This document shows positions 36,894 to 47,736 of a stretch of 64,000 bases of DNA, in pieces. Position 1 is the first letter of the stretch. Each line of letters starts with the position of its first letter. A program made the translations under genes and the position numbers. The notes under the pieces were generated by a model. That model searched no databases and was not told where the DNA came from. It saw only the letters and a program-made list of their open reading frames with translations. The stretch covers positions 4,160,001 through 4,224,000 of the forward strand of contig OZ219926.1 of the NCBI GenBank assembly GCA_964291405.2. The letters run 5' to 3'. This DNA comes from Thermodesulfobacteriota bacterium. GTDB lineage: Bacteria; Desulfobacterota; Binatia; Bin18.

Positions 36894-38246
36894 TTATCGC
36901 CGCCCCTGGCTTAAGATATTTACGTCGTAGCGTTCCTCGACGTGTTCGAGATCGACGTCGGGGTACTCAATGGTGTAGGCGGAGAAAATCGTAGCCTGCT
37001 CCTGTTTGACATCAACAATCGTAAAACCGATGTTGCGGGGCACCTGCTTGCCCCGGTCCGACTCGGCCTGACTCGGGTCTTCGGACCAGCCGTGCAGCAG
37101 GTCGTTAACCTTCCAGAGCTTGCCATCAGCATCAAAAACCAGGACCATCGCCGTCTCATAGGTCTCCGCATCCCAGAAATAGATTTTGCTGCTGTAGTTG
37201 CGAGGCATGGTCGGTGTTTGTTCGACAACGGCACATAAACGCAGCTCCCAGCGGTCGTTGGGTAGCCAGCCGTTGGGGCCGTAGAAGCGGGCATACGGGT
37301 GCTGGGAATTCATGACGTGCAACAGCACCTTCCATCCCAGAAATTTCCACTCATGGTCAAGGATACGGCCGGAAAATCCAGTAAAATCGTCCAGCGTCAT
37401 TTCTGTTCCGGCAACGGAATCATCCCGCTCGTGCGTGGACAGGCGGCGGACCTTGCGCAATTGGGGCAGGAAGCCCCAGGCGTCGTCCGGCTGACGCGGG
37501 TTATCATAGCGATAGATCATAAACCGTTGTCCGCGGACATCGTACGGCTCAAGCACCTCGACATAATCCTTGTATTCAAATCGCCCCGCATCAGTAAAAG
37601 GCAGGAGATGACCCTGCTGTGATAACTGGGCCAAATGGTTGTGGTAGACGCGTTGGTATAAGGCAACGAGATGGCGGATGGCTCTCCCTCCGCCCTGAAT
37701 CAGGTCCTCCGGGAACCCGGACAGCCGTGACGCGCTTCCGCCCTTGGCAATGAGCGCGCCCAGATAGCGCTCGACATTCATCCCGTAGTACTGCCAGCGG
37801 TAATTGAAATTCCAGGCTGCCTTGACCCCCGAAGTCGGGTCGTCAGGATTGATCAGCGCTTGGGCAAATGGCCGCCCGGCAATATAATTCTCAAGTGCGC
37901 CGTCTGCGGCGAGACGGGTTTGATTGGCGTACTGCTCGGTTGCAGCCAGATAATCGGGGTGGGGCGGGTAATGGCCCGTGGGTGCAACGTGAAACGCGAC
38001 TTCAGGAAAATCAAACTCGTCAATATAGCGCGGGGGCAGGAAGGGGCGCAGCTTCTCCAGGTCGGCCTGTCCCAGAACATCGCCCTCTTTGAATTGGGGA
38101 AGCGTGGTCAGGTTCATGCTAATCCACTGTTGGATATCTTCCCGAGTGGGGAGATCCTGGCCCTGTGGGTGGACATGGGGTGTCAACACGACGCTCAGCA
38201 CGAGCACAATGAGTACGCCACACATGGAAAAAATCGTCTTACGCAT
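36894..38246 (-). CDS. DUF1329-domain exported protein
   Basis: Signal peptide; LENYIAGRPF, KAAWNF, EPYDVRG, FLPQLRKVRRLS, DGKLWK. Confidence 0.85.
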   Translation of the reverse strand: MRKTIFSMCGVLIVLVLSVVLTPHVHPQGQDLPTREDIQQWISMNLTTLPQFKEGDVLGQADLEKLRPFLPPRYIDEFDFPEVAFHVAPTGHYPPHPDYLAATEQYANQTRLAADGALENYIAGRPFAQALINPDDPTSGVKAAWNFNYRWQYYGMNVERYLGALIAKGGSASRLSGFPEDLIQGGGRAIRHLVALYQRVYHNHLAQLSQQGHLLPFTDAGRFEYKDYVEVLEPYDVRGQRFMIYRYDNPRQPDDAWGFLPQLRKVRRLSTHERDDSVAGTEMTLDDFTGFSGRILDHEWKFLGWKVLLHVMNSQHPYARFYGPNGWLPNDRWELRLCAVVEQTPTMPRNYSSKIYFWDAETYETAMVLVFDADGKLWKVNDLLHGWSEDPSQAESDRGKQVPRNIGFTIVDVKQEQATIFSAYTIEYPDVDLEHVEERYDVNILSQGRR

Positions 38247-38374
38247 GGACTCTGTTTCCTTCCCAGTCTGCTGCTGTTGCCGTCAGCCTAACCGAGCCCT
38301 TGTACTGCCGCAAGGATACGGCTGGCTCCAGCGCTGGATGGAGAGGGGTAGGAAGTCGTACGGAGAAGAACGCG

Positions 38375-39562
38375 TCAGCCCTCCGGTTTGGCCCTTGTTC
38401 GCGTCCCCCATGCCGCTCCGGCAGCGCCGCCGAGAGCCACGCCGCCCGCGCACAGAAACATCACTGTAAAATCGGTGTATTCGAGGACCGCTCCCAAGAC
38501 GATACTGCTCAGCCCCACCCCAATATCGAACGCCCCCATCAGCGTGGCCAGCGCCGCCCCGCGCTCGTGCAAGGATGAGCGATCAACAACAAGGGCCATG
38601 ATGGCGGGTTGCACCGCGCCAAAGCCCAAGCCTTGTAAGGCGGCGGCAGTCAGGAGGCTGGGAAGGGACGACGCCAGCGCAAGCGTGGCCATCGCGACCG
38701 CCAGGCAGCCCATACCGGGAACAATCACCGCGGTGCGACCAAAGCGGTCGGACAGCCGCCCGGCAAAGGGACGTGAGACCACGACCACAATGGAATACAC
38801 GCTGAAGTATATGCCCGGATTGCCAAGGTTGGCGTCTTTGACAAAGAGCGGCAGAAAGGAGACCACAGCGCCGAAGGTGACCGTCATGCAGACGGCAATA
38901 AAACCGGGAAAGAGCGCGGTCCGGCTCACCCATTTATGCGGCTGGGTACCTGCCTGGTGCTGGGACGGAGCGCGCGCCGGCTCCCGGATCAATTGTGACA
39001 GGACAAGACTTCCGAGGCCGAGGGCCGCGCACAGCCAGAACAGGGAATCATAACCGATGTGGCCGATGAGCATGACCCCCAGGGCCGGGCCAATGGTCAT
39101 GGCCAGGTTCAGGGACATGCCGTAATAGCCCATCCCCTCTCCACGACGACTCGGCGGGGCCAAGTCCGCAACAATGACCCCGGCGGCGGTCGTATAGGCG
39201 GCTATCCCTAATCCGTGAAAAAAACGCAGACCCAGCATGACCGGGACGGACTCGGCCTGGGTATAGAGCGCGGGAGCCAGACAGTAGATCAGGGCACCTA
39301 TGCTGAGAATGGTCTTCCGACTCCACTGGTCAACCAAACGGCCGGTCATGGGACGCACGAGCAGGGCAGAGACGGCGAACGCGCCCATGATCAGACCGAC
39401 CTGAGAATCTGCGCCGTGGAGTTCCTCAACTACAAAGACCGGCAGGACGGCAAAGAGTAGGAACATGCTGCCGGCAAACAAGAAGGTGCCGAGACACAGC
39501 AGGATAAAATCTCGTGTAAATAAGACTTCCGGACTTTGCGAGGGGGCGGGCGACTCAGGCAC
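38375..39562 (-). CDS. MFS transporter
   Basis: About 12 TM helices; GRLVDQWSRK and GRLSDRFGR motifs. Confidence 0.92.
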   Translation of the reverse strand: MPESPAPSQSPEVLFTRDFILLCLGTFLFAGSMFLLFAVLPVFVVEELHGADSQVGLIMGAFAVSALLVRPMTGRLVDQWSRKTILSIGALIYCLAPALYTQAESVPVMLGLRFFHGLGIAAYTTAAGVIVADLAPPSRRGEGMGYYGMSLNLAMTIGPALGVMLIGHIGYDSLFWLCAALGLGSLVLSQLIREPARAPSQHQAGTQPHKWVSRTALFPGFIAVCMTVTFGAVVSFLPLFVKDANLGNPGIYFSVYSIVVVVSRPFAGRLSDRFGRTAVIVPGMGCLAVAMATLALASSLPSLLTAAALQGLGFGAVQPAIMALVVDRSSLHERGAALATLMGAFDIGVGLSSIVLGAVLEYTDFTVMFLCAGGVALGGAAGAAWGTRTRAKPEG

Positions 39563-39610
39563 GGCGGCTGAGTCTATAGGCGGGGGAGGAGGGGAGCAAG
39601 AGATACGAAC

Positions 39611-40366
39611 TTAGAGCATGATATCACCGCCATTGGGGCTGAGGCATTGCCCGACATAGTGGCTCGATTCGTCGGAGGCCAGAAAGACATAGGTCGGCGC
39701 AATATCGTCGACCGTTGCCAGATGGCCTTTGGGAATACTGGCCCGAATGGCTTCCAGGGCCTCGCTGCTGATGCCCTTGAGGATTGGGGTTTGCGTTGCG
39801 CCAGGGCCGACGCAATTCGCATTGATGTTGCGAGTTCCGATTTCACGCGACAGCGAGCGGGTAAACGCGATGATGGCGGCCTTGGCGGCACAGTAATGAC
39901 CCAGGCCGGGCGAGCCGAGATAGGCGAGTTGCGAGGCGGTGCTAATAATTTTGCCGTAGTCTTGCTTATACATCAGCGGTAAGACCAGGCGTGTACACAA
40001 AAAGACGCTTCTCAGGTTGACCGCTAACATCTGGTCCCACATGGAAACCGGCATGTTCTCGACGGTCGCGGCAGAGGCAATGCCGGCATTGTTGACCAGA
40101 ATATCGATGCGGCCATAGGTCTGTATCGTCGTATCAACGAGGTGCTGCACCTCATCTTCCTGGGAAACGTCCGCCCGAATGGAGACTGCCCGACGACCAA
40201 GAGCCTCAACATCTTGCTGGACCGTCGCGGCATTGTCGGCCTGGGAGTCATTCGGGTAGTTGAGGGCAAGGTCGGCCCCCTCTTTGGCAAAGGCGAGGGC
40301 GACCGCTTTTCCAATCCCGCTGCTTGAGCCGGTGATGAGGGCGATTTTATTATCGAGTTTTCCCAT
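39611..40366 (-). CDS. Short-chain dehydrogenase/reductase (FabG-like)
   Basis: TGSSSGIG, NNAG, YCAAK. Confidence 0.93.
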   Translation of the reverse strand: MGKLDNKIALITGSSSGIGKAVALAFAKEGADLALNYPNDSQADNAATVQQDVEALGRRAVSIRADVSQEDEVQHLVDTTIQTYGRIDILVNNAGIASAATVENMPVSMWDQMLAVNLRSVFLCTRLVLPLMYKQDYGKIISTASQLAYLGSPGLGHYCAAKAAIIAFTRSLSREIGTRNINANCVGPGATQTPILKGISSEALEAIRASIPKGHLATVDDIAPTYVFLASDESSHYVGQCLSPNGGDIML

Positions 40367-40380
40367 TGGTCTCTCCTCGC

Positions 40381-40890
40381 TTATATGGGTTTGTTCTTAA
40401 TCTGCATGGCCACGAGTGTTTCGTCTGTTTTTTCAAACAGGAGTTGGAGCGCGGTTTCCGTATCAAAGGCATGTGGCGCTTCGAGCCGGGCACCTAGGGC
40501 GGCTTTCAGAAATGGGTAGTCGGCTACCCAGGTAGTGAGCTGGGGTGGCTGCTGCTCTTCGGACTGTTGCGCGTGCCACTCCAGCACTGTGTCCGCAACT
40601 TGCAGATAGGCCATGATGGTGTTGACGTACGGCCGCATTTCGTGGGGCGTCTCCTCCATCTTTTGCCGCACAAGCCTTTGAAACACCTGGAACTCGGCAT
40701 GGTAGGTCGGATAGTCCAGTCCGGCATACCCCAGGTCCAGCAACGGCCGGAGAGCGGCTGCTATGTCACGGTGTCCGGTCAGCGGCTGGTTGCGGAGTTG
40801 GTCACAGGAGAAGAGAAAAAGAAAGGCAAGGACGAACACACGCCAGACTATCCGATTCAAACCGACAGTAGGAGCGTTGAGGGCTATCAT
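40381..40890 (-). CDS. Hypothetical protein, putative lipoprotein
   Basis: Hydrophobic stretch ending LFLFSC; start uncertain. Confidence 0.55.
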   Translation of the reverse strand: MIALNAPTVGLNRIVWRVFVLAFLFLFSCDQLRNQPLTGHRDIAAALRPLLDLGYAGLDYPTYHAEFQVFQRLVRQKMEETPHEMRPYVNTIMAYLQVADTVLEWHAQQSEEQQPPQLTTWVADYPFLKAALGARLEAPHAFDTETALQLLFEKTDETLVAMQIKNKPI

Positions 40891-40957
40891 CGGTCTTGAA
40901 TGACAGGCTGGTGCTCGATTCCCCTGACTTCCATCACTGCTCATGAGGGGCAAGAGA

Positions 40958-42847
40958 TCAGGCCGCGACTTTCTTCACCCCGTTTGTCTCCCAGCCCGGC
41001 GGTAAGCTGGGAGCGGTAGGCGGCTCCAGTCCGGTCTCCTCTTTACAGCGCGCCAGGAGTTCTTGGAGGGGCGGGCCAAAATCGAACGTCTGTAGCTCGC
41101 CCCGGCTCTCTCTCATGCGCTGACGCAGGGCCTGGGTGGCCGCCTCGTCGACTTCAGACGTGGACGGGTCGAACACCACGCCGTAATCGGACGCGGCCTT
41201 TTCTACGGACACTAACTCGCGCACGACATCAACTCGGACTTTTTCAATGTCGCGCTCTAGCGGGTCTCCCCAGCCGCCGCCACCCGCGGTCTGGAAGATG
41301 AGCTGGTCGCCTGGTTCGACTTTGATCTGGTCACATTTTGAGGGAAGAACAGTTCGGGTTCCATCGGTGTGGACCAGGATTTTTGTTGAGCGCATTCCCG
41401 GTTTGCCCCCGAGAATTCCCCAGGGAGGAGTCAGCCAGCGGTCGTCGTGAATGGCGATCTCGCCGGGTTCGAGAAAGGTGTACCATTTATCGATGCCGTT
41501 CCCGCCCCGATGCAAACCGGCTCCACCGGAGTCGATGACCGACGAATAGCGGTCCACGCGCAGGGGACAATAGCTTTCGAGGTATTCGGTCGGAATATTG
41601 GTGAAGAGCGGCCACCAGGAATGGCCATCCATGCCGTCGCCAATCGGTCGGCCCGGAATGCCGCCATAGCCGATTTCCATGATAAAGAAGAAGTTGCTGT
41701 CCTTATCGTTGCCGCTGTACAGCAGGTGGGGGCTGGTGCCGTAGCCGGCCGCGGTCGTCAGCTCCGGGCTCTTCTGGCCGAGACAGCCGCCCATGACATC
41801 AAACAGGCGGGCCAGGGCATGGGTGCGACAGCCCAGCGGAGCGGGGAATTTCGGGTGGAGGAGGGAGCCGTCCGGCATGCGGGCGTCGATCAGATCGTAG
41901 AAACCGTCGTTAAACAGAATCTGGGGATCGTAGACCATGATGAGGTAGACGCCGATGAACATCTTGAACATGCCCGGATTGAGATAAAAATTGATCGGTC
42001 CAACGGCCTGCGGGTCGGTGCCGGTCCAGTCGAAGACCGCCCGGTCACCCTCACGCCAGATGGTGAGTTTCATTTTGAACGGGCCGTTGCCGAGCCCGTC
42101 ATCGTCAATATAGTCCTCGAAGGACTGCGGCTCGGTCGGGATATTGCGCTGGATGAGGGTCTGGACGGCTCGGTAGGTCCGGTCCAGCAATGCCTGACAG
42201 GCGGCCAGATAGGTATCCCGCCCAAAGCGCTCGCACAGTTCCTGCACGCGCTGTTCAGCAGTTTTGCAGCCGGCCACAATACCCATGAGATCCGAGCGGT
42301 TCATCATGGGTATACGGACGTTATTCAGAATCAGGTCCAGGACGGCCTGGTTGAGTTCCCCTTTTTCAAACAGTTTAACCGGCGGAATGCGGAGTCCCTC
42401 GCCAAAGATCGAGGTCGCGTTGGTCGGAAACGAGCCGGGCAGCGGACCGCCTACGTCCATTTGATGGCCGAACATGGAGGTCCAGCCAATGAGTTCATCG
42501 CCGTCAAAGACGGGGACCAGCACGAGAAAGTCGTTGATGTGGGAAATGGCCCCTCCGCACAGATAGGGATCGTTGAGCAGAATGACATCGCCGGGATAGA
42601 GCGGCTGGTCAAAACGCTCCATCATCTCCCGGATATAGGAGCCGAACTGCCCGACGACCATGCGGCCGTTGGGGTCGCAGATCATGGGGAATTCGTCGTG
42701 CTGCTCACGGATCACTGGGGACATGGCCGTGCGGAACAGCACTGCATCCATTTCATAGCGGTAGTTCTTGAGCGCACTCTCGATAATGTCGAGGGTGACG
42801 GGATCGACCTCGATATCTGGAATCTCAGCAATTTTCACATCGCGCAT
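40958..42847 (-). CDS. Hydantoinase B/oxoprolinase family subunit
   Basis: DPVTLDII, RTAMSP.IRE, NDPY..G..SH.ND, EGLRIPPVK, TAGGGGWGDP. Confidence 0.92.
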   Translation of the reverse strand: MRDVKIAEIPDIEVDPVTLDIIESALKNYRYEMDAVLFRTAMSPVIREQHDEFPMICDPNGRMVVGQFGSYIREMMERFDQPLYPGDVILLNDPYLCGGAISHINDFLVLVPVFDGDELIGWTSMFGHQMDVGGPLPGSFPTNATSIFGEGLRIPPVKLFEKGELNQAVLDLILNNVRIPMMNRSDLMGIVAGCKTAEQRVQELCERFGRDTYLAACQALLDRTYRAVQTLIQRNIPTEPQSFEDYIDDDGLGNGPFKMKLTIWREGDRAVFDWTGTDPQAVGPINFYLNPGMFKMFIGVYLIMVYDPQILFNDGFYDLIDARMPDGSLLHPKFPAPLGCRTHALARLFDVMGGCLGQKSPELTTAAGYGTSPHLLYSGNDKDSNFFFIMEIGYGGIPGRPIGDGMDGHSWWPLFTNIPTEYLESYCPLRVDRYSSVIDSGGAGLHRGGNGIDKWYTFLEPGEIAIHDDRWLTPPWGILGGKPGMRSTKILVHTDGTRTVLPSKCDQIKVEPGDQLIFQTAGGGGWGDPLERDIEKVRVDVVRELVSVEKAASDYGVVFDPSTSEVDEAATQALRQRMRESRGELQTFDFGPPLQELLARCKEETGLEPPTAPSLPPGWETNGVKKVAA

Positions 42848-42860
42848 GATTGGACCCCTC

Positions 42861-44915
42861 TCAGTGTGCAGTGGGCTGAATCAAAATGTTACCATATGTA
42901 TCAATTTCACCGGAAAAGTCCGGTAACACGACCGTCGTTGAGTCCATCTCGGTCACAATCGCCGGACCCGGCAGGCGGTTGCCCGGTGTGAGCTTGGCCC
43001 GATCATAAATCGGAGTGGTCAGAAAGTCGCCGTCAAAATAAATCCGGTGTTCGTCAACCTGGGCGTGAGCCACGGACGGCCCGTCCGTTTCGCCTTCGGG
43101 CCAGTTCAGTGTGGTTCCCGTACCGAGGGCAACCGCGCGAAGATTGACGATCTCACACTCGGCATCCAGACGAAAGCGGTAGAGCTGTTCGTGCAGGGCG
43201 TGAAATTGTTCCGCCAGCGCCGCCGTTCCGTTGGTTTGCAACTCGTCGAGTGTTGTGGTTACCGGCAGTTCATAGCCCTGGCGGAAGTAGCGCATATCGG
43301 CGTTATAGAAAATCTGCTGCTGCTGTCGAGAGATGCCTTCCTGCTCCAGCCAGCCGGTCGCCTCTGCGCTCAACCCTTCGAGTATATCAACGACCTCCGG
43401 CGCGGTGAGCTGGTCCAGGGTGCGGAGGACGGTTCGGGAGAATTCTTCCCGGTAGTCGCAACACACATCGCCCATGGCGCATAAAATGCCCGGTGCGGGC
43501 GGGACGATAACCGGGAAGGAGCCAATCAGCTTGGCCACTGCGTTGGCGTGCAGCGGCCCGGCGCCACCAAATGCGGCCAAGGCGAAATTGCGGGGGTCGT
43601 AGCCACGCTGGACGGAGACCAGACGCAAGGCACCGTGCATATTCTCATTCACAATGTCTAGGATGCCCTGGGCAGTCTGATACACGTCAAGGCCGAGATT
43701 TTTCCCGATGCGCTCGACCGCAGCGTGGGCGGCTTCCGTATCCAGCATCATCTCGCCGCCCAGCAGATTGGGTGGCAGATGGCCAAGGACAACGTTGGCG
43801 TCCGTCACCGTGGGCTCCGTTCCACCCTGGCCGTAGCTGGCCGGACCGGGAGCCGCGCCGGCACTCTGCGGACCGACCCGGAGCGCGCTGGTAATCTCGG
43901 GGACATGGGCAATGGAGCCACCGCCGGCCCCGATACTGCGGACATCGACCGAAGGAACCTTAATCGGGAAATAGCCCAGGGTCGTTTCCCGCGAAATAGT
44001 CTGGCTGCCATCCTGACACAGGGCCACGTCGGTGGACGTGCCGCCCATATCGAGGGTCAACAAATGCGGGAAGCCGGCCTTTTTCGCAATATACAGCGCT
44101 CCCGCCACGCCACCGGCCGGGCCTGACATCACGGCGTAGACCGGCCGTTCCTGGGCCATACGCAAGGTCATCAGCCCGGCGTCAGAGCGGAGAATATTGA
44201 CGTCCGCTTTCAGGCCATGCGCCGTGAGCTGGTCCGCAAAGCTGCGCATATACTGGGAGACTTTCGGCCGCACGTACGAATTCATCACCGCGGTGAGGGC
44301 GCGTTCGTACTCTCGAAATTCAGGCAGCACTTCCGATGATGCGGTAATCGGAGTGTCGGGCAGTATCTCCTGAGCGATCTCTTTGACGCGCTTTTCATGG
44401 CTTTGGTTGGCGTATGAGTTGATGAGAGAAATCGTCAACGCTTCGATTCCTTGGGCGCCCAAATCTTGCAGGTCTGTGCGCAGCGCGCCCTCGTCCAGCG
44501 GGGTAACCACCTGCCCGCGGGTGTCGATGCGTTCGATAGCCTCGCGGGTGTATTCGATGGCTGCGGGCGGGTCCGGCTTCTCCATAATCATCCAGCCGGC
44601 GAGCGGACCCGGCGTCCAGGAACGCGCCAAGTGGAGGATTTGCTTAAACCCCCGGGTCGTAATCAGGCCAACCCTCGCGCCCTTGCCCTCAAGGACGGCG
44701 TTGGTTGCCACGGTCGTCCCGTGCATAATCTGAGCGATATCACCGGGTGAGATGTTGGCCGAGCGGCAGATTTTCTCAATCCCGGCCAGTACGCCAACCG
44801 AGGGATCACTGGGGGTAGACGGGGTTTTGGCACGGACCTGCCGGCCGCTCTCTTCGTCAAAAAGGATGAGGTCGGTAAATGTCCCGCCGACGTCAACACC
44901 AAGTTTGAAGGACAT
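42861..44915 (-). CDS. Hydantoinase A/oxoprolinase family ATP-binding subunit
   Basis: GVDVGGTFTD, HGTTVATNA, SGPAGG, DMGGTS, GAGGGS. Confidence 0.93.
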   Translation of the reverse strand: MSFKLGVDVGGTFTDLILFDEESGRQVRAKTPSTPSDPSVGVLAGIEKICRSANISPGDIAQIMHGTTVATNAVLEGKGARVGLITTRGFKQILHLARSWTPGPLAGWMIMEKPDPPAAIEYTREAIERIDTRGQVVTPLDEGALRTDLQDLGAQGIEALTISLINSYANQSHEKRVKEIAQEILPDTPITASSEVLPEFREYERALTAVMNSYVRPKVSQYMRSFADQLTAHGLKADVNILRSDAGLMTLRMAQERPVYAVMSGPAGGVAGALYIAKKAGFPHLLTLDMGGTSTDVALCQDGSQTISRETTLGYFPIKVPSVDVRSIGAGGGSIAHVPEITSALRVGPQSAGAAPGPASYGQGGTEPTVTDANVVLGHLPPNLLGGEMMLDTEAAHAAVERIGKNLGLDVYQTAQGILDIVNENMHGALRLVSVQRGYDPRNFALAAFGGAGPLHANAVAKLIGSFPVIVPPAPGILCAMGDVCCDYREEFSRTVLRTLDQLTAPEVVDILEGLSAEATGWLEQEGISRQQQQIFYNADMRYFRQGYELPVTTTLDELQTNGTAALAEQFHALHEQLYRFRLDAECEIVNLRAVALGTGTTLNWPEGETDGPSVAHAQVDEHRIYFDGDFLTTPIYDRAKLTPGNRLPGPAIVTEMDSTTVVLPDFSGEIDTYGNILIQPTAH

Positions 44916-44976
44916 GAAGAGCCTGCACTTTCTGATTCAAGGGTAACGGCTGGTCGTTTTTTGTGCGCTCTGGCCG

Positions 44977-45309
44977 TCAGGACGAAACCGCACGAACCGC
45001 GGCTTGGTATGATTCCGTGGTCTCGCCCTTGTCGGTCTCCTCCAACTCCTGATGGACGACTCGCAGGATCCGTTCGAGGTATTCCGTACGCCAGCGTTCC
45101 CGTTCAGCCATAACGGCCTCATCCGGGTGATAGGCTTCGATGTCGCGTTGCGTGAACAGGCCCTTGGCCGCCGCTAGACGTTCAACGGTATCAAGGCGCT
45201 CCCGCAGCACAGAGACCTCGCCAGCCAGGGCCATGACGATCCCCATAACCGTATCGATTTGGGGATCGTCAAAGAAAGCTGGGCGTTTGCCTTTTGCCTT
45301 GCGTATCAT
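44977..45309 (-). CDS. Conserved hypothetical protein
   Basis: AKGKRP.FFDDP..D..M..VMALAGEVSVLRERLDTVERL; AGGAG RBS; directly downstream of the methyltransferase. Confidence 0.75.
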   Translation of the reverse strand: MIRKAKGKRPAFFDDPQIDTVMGIVMALAGEVSVLRERLDTVERLAAAKGLFTQRDIEAYHPDEAVMAERERWRTEYLERILRVVHQELEETDKGETTESYQAAVRAVSS

Positions 45310-45321
45310 GAAGGGCTCCTG

Positions 45322-46476
45322 CTACCTGGTCGCGCCAAAGACGAACCACGCCCCGCCGCCGCCAAAATCGCCGCCTTGGAATTTCTTCGTACGGGCTTGG
45401 GCTCGCTCCAGGGCGCTCGGGATCATCGTCTGAATGACATTCTGTGCGCCAAAGCCGGACTCTTCGGCGAGCTTTTGGAGGTCCATGGAATGCACCGTCC
45501 CCCAGAAGGGTTCGTTGTTGTTATAGGTATCCCAGTCGAGAATAAACGCCTCATAGGGCGGCATGCCTTCATACTGCGGTACCTCTTGGTGGAGCACCAT
45601 GCCCCCCGGCTTTAACAAGCGGTGACATTCTTTCATGATATTACGAATGGCCTGACTCGAAGTCTCGTGCAGCAAAATATGAGAAACGATAAGGTCAAAC
45701 GAGCCATCCTCGAAATTGGTCTGCTCCGCATTCTGCTGAGAGAAATGGACGCGTTTGCCCAGGGCCTCGGCACGCGCATGGCCATACCGCAGGACTGGTG
45801 CACCCACGTCAATGGCAAAGACCTCGGCTTCGGGATAGGCATCAACATAGGGCAGGGTGCTGTGCCCGACGGTGCAGCCCATATCCAGGATACGAGCGGG
45901 CCGGAAGTCCGCATGCTGCTCTTTGAGGTGCAGCACCACCGATTGACCCATTTCATCGTTCAGACTGCCTAAGCGGCTCATAGCGTAAATATAGACGGCC
46001 CGGTCATAGGTCGCTCCTGCGGCTACGTCGTCCTGTCCCAACTCGGTGTGGTAGCCGCCTGGCTGACAGTGAATGTCCACCGCTGTGTGGTAGGCCGGAA
46101 TGGCCAGATCTGGATTCAAGGTAAGAGAGCCGAGCGTCTTCCCGTTTATCGTGGCACGCTCCCGTAACTCTGGGAGCTGGCGTTCCACGCTCACATTGAC
46201 CGAATCCCACATCATTTCCTGGCTGGTCCGCAGCAGGGTGCTCCACATCTGGTAATAGGGCTCGTCCTTCATGACGCTGCGGACTTCACGCCGGTCTTGG
46301 GGAGGACGCTGATGTTCACGCACAAAGCGGGGGGCCGCCCTATGCTCGTAAATAGTCTTATTGCCAGGTGAGACTTTGGTGGCCAGATGGACCTTGAGGC
46401 TTTGGACAAAGTTTTGCCGCGCCAACTCATCATGGGTGGCTGTCGGGAGCAGATCGTGCTGCAACTGCGCATTCAT
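45322..46476 (-). CDS. Class I SAM-dependent methyltransferase with a long N-terminal extension
   Basis: ILDMGCTVGHST, FDLIVSHILLHE, RLLKPGG, NNEPFW; GGAGG RBS before ATG 46476. Confidence 0.88.
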   Translation of the reverse strand: MNAQLQHDLLPTATHDELARQNFVQSLKVHLATKVSPGNKTIYEHRAAPRFVREHQRPPQDRREVRSVMKDEPYYQMWSTLLRTSQEMMWDSVNVSVERQLPELRERATINGKTLGSLTLNPDLAIPAYHTAVDIHCQPGGYHTELGQDDVAAGATYDRAVYIYAMSRLGSLNDEMGQSVVLHLKEQHADFRPARILDMGCTVGHSTLPYVDAYPEAEVFAIDVGAPVLRYGHARAEALGKRVHFSQQNAEQTNFEDGSFDLIVSHILLHETSSQAIRNIMKECHRLLKPGGMVLHQEVPQYEGMPPYEAFILDWDTYNNNEPFWGTVHSMDLQKLAEESGFGAQNVIQTMIPSALERAQARTKKFQGGDFGGGGAWFVFGATR

Positions 46477-46514
46477 AATGACTCCTCCATTTAATGTGTA
46501 CTCTCTCCATAGCG

Positions 46515-47537
46515 TCATTCGGCAAAGGCGGCAATCATTGCGGCGTTATTGTGACGAACCTCTTCCGGGTCGGCAGCAAAGGAGGGGCTGAGCAAGAGCA
46601 GCGTGTCAAACAAACCCTCAAAGGCGGCCAACTGTTGCCGGACATCGTCCGGTGTCCCTGCCAAGACCAGCGCATCAATCATCTCGTCGCTCACGGCCGC
46701 AAGCATGGCTGCAACGTCATTCCGTCTCATCGCGTCTCGGATGGCGAGCTTGGCCTGCGTAAAGCCTGGGGGGTCAAGGATCACGTCGAAATAGGGCAGG
46801 GTCGCGTAAAAGGCGACGGCATGTCTGGCCAAATCGCGGGCCCGCTGACGGTTGGTATGCACCGCGCAGCATTTCACGGCACAAATCTCGAAGCCGTCTC
46901 TGTCCCGTCCGCTGCGGCTGAAGCCTTTTTTCAGATTTGGATGGACGACATCCGTGAAATATTGAGGCGTATTGAGCACGTTGAGGATAATGCCGTCGGC
47001 CAGTGCCCCGGCGAGCTGAATCATATTTGGCAGAACCGCGGCCAGATAAATGGGAATGCTGGGATAGGCCGGCTCGGTGAGCCGTTGATAGTTGCGCACC
47101 TGATAGAATTCACCGCTATACTCGACCGCCTGCGCTGGTGAGCCTTGCCACATGGTGCGAATACACTCAACATACTCCCGCATGCGGGCAACGGGTTTGC
47201 GGTATTCCAGGCCGTGCCACTGTTCGTTCCAGTCCTTCGGCGCAGTCCCAAGTCCCAGAATGAAACGCCCGTGAGTGTATTCGGCGAGTGACATTGCGCC
47301 TAACTCGGTCAACATCGGCGGACGAGCAAAATGGGCGACCGCCGTCCCGAGGCGGACGGTCCGAACCGCACTGGCTATGGCGGTCAGTGGCACAAAGGCA
47401 TCCCGCCACAGCTCGGCGGCCCAAATGCTCTCCGCTCCGGCGTCTTCCGCTTGTGTGGCAAAGCGGACGATATGATCGAGGCTCAGCTTATCTCCATTAA
47501 AGAGAACGCCCCACTTTAACGACTGGACTTGCACCAT
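46515..47537 (-). CDS. LLM-class flavin- or F420-dependent oxidoreductase
   Basis: AESIWAAE, GRFILGLGT, PIYLAA. Confidence 0.88.
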   Translation of the reverse strand: MVQVQSLKWGVLFNGDKLSLDHIVRFATQAEDAGAESIWAAELWRDAFVPLTAIASAVRTVRLGTAVAHFARPPMLTELGAMSLAEYTHGRFILGLGTAPKDWNEQWHGLEYRKPVARMREYVECIRTMWQGSPAQAVEYSGEFYQVRNYQRLTEPAYPSIPIYLAAVLPNMIQLAGALADGIILNVLNTPQYFTDVVHPNLKKGFSRSGRDRDGFEICAVKCCAVHTNRQRARDLARHAVAFYATLPYFDVILDPPGFTQAKLAIRDAMRRNDVAAMLAAVSDEMIDALVLAGTPDDVRQQLAAFEGLFDTLLLLSPSFAADPEEVRHNNAAMIAAFAE

Positions 47538-47736
47538 GTAAAAGATCTCCTCGTCCTTCTGGTTTTAGGCTTCCGCCCGCGACACCTTCTCCATCCGTGA
47601 GAGGTAAGGATAATAATATAACATAGTTTGATATTTGTGGCCAAAAAAATGTGGAGTAATTTTTCCGAGTATGCTATAGGAGGCCGTTACTTTTGTAGAG
47701 GATACAAGGATCCGAGAGGTCCTGTTCGGAAAAGCC

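Noticed and set aside
41447-42991. Long antisense ORFs (also 54365-55918, 31820-33091, 52315-53484, 18295-19350)
   Set aside because: They are shadows of well-supported genes on the opposite strand, expected with high-GC codon bias.
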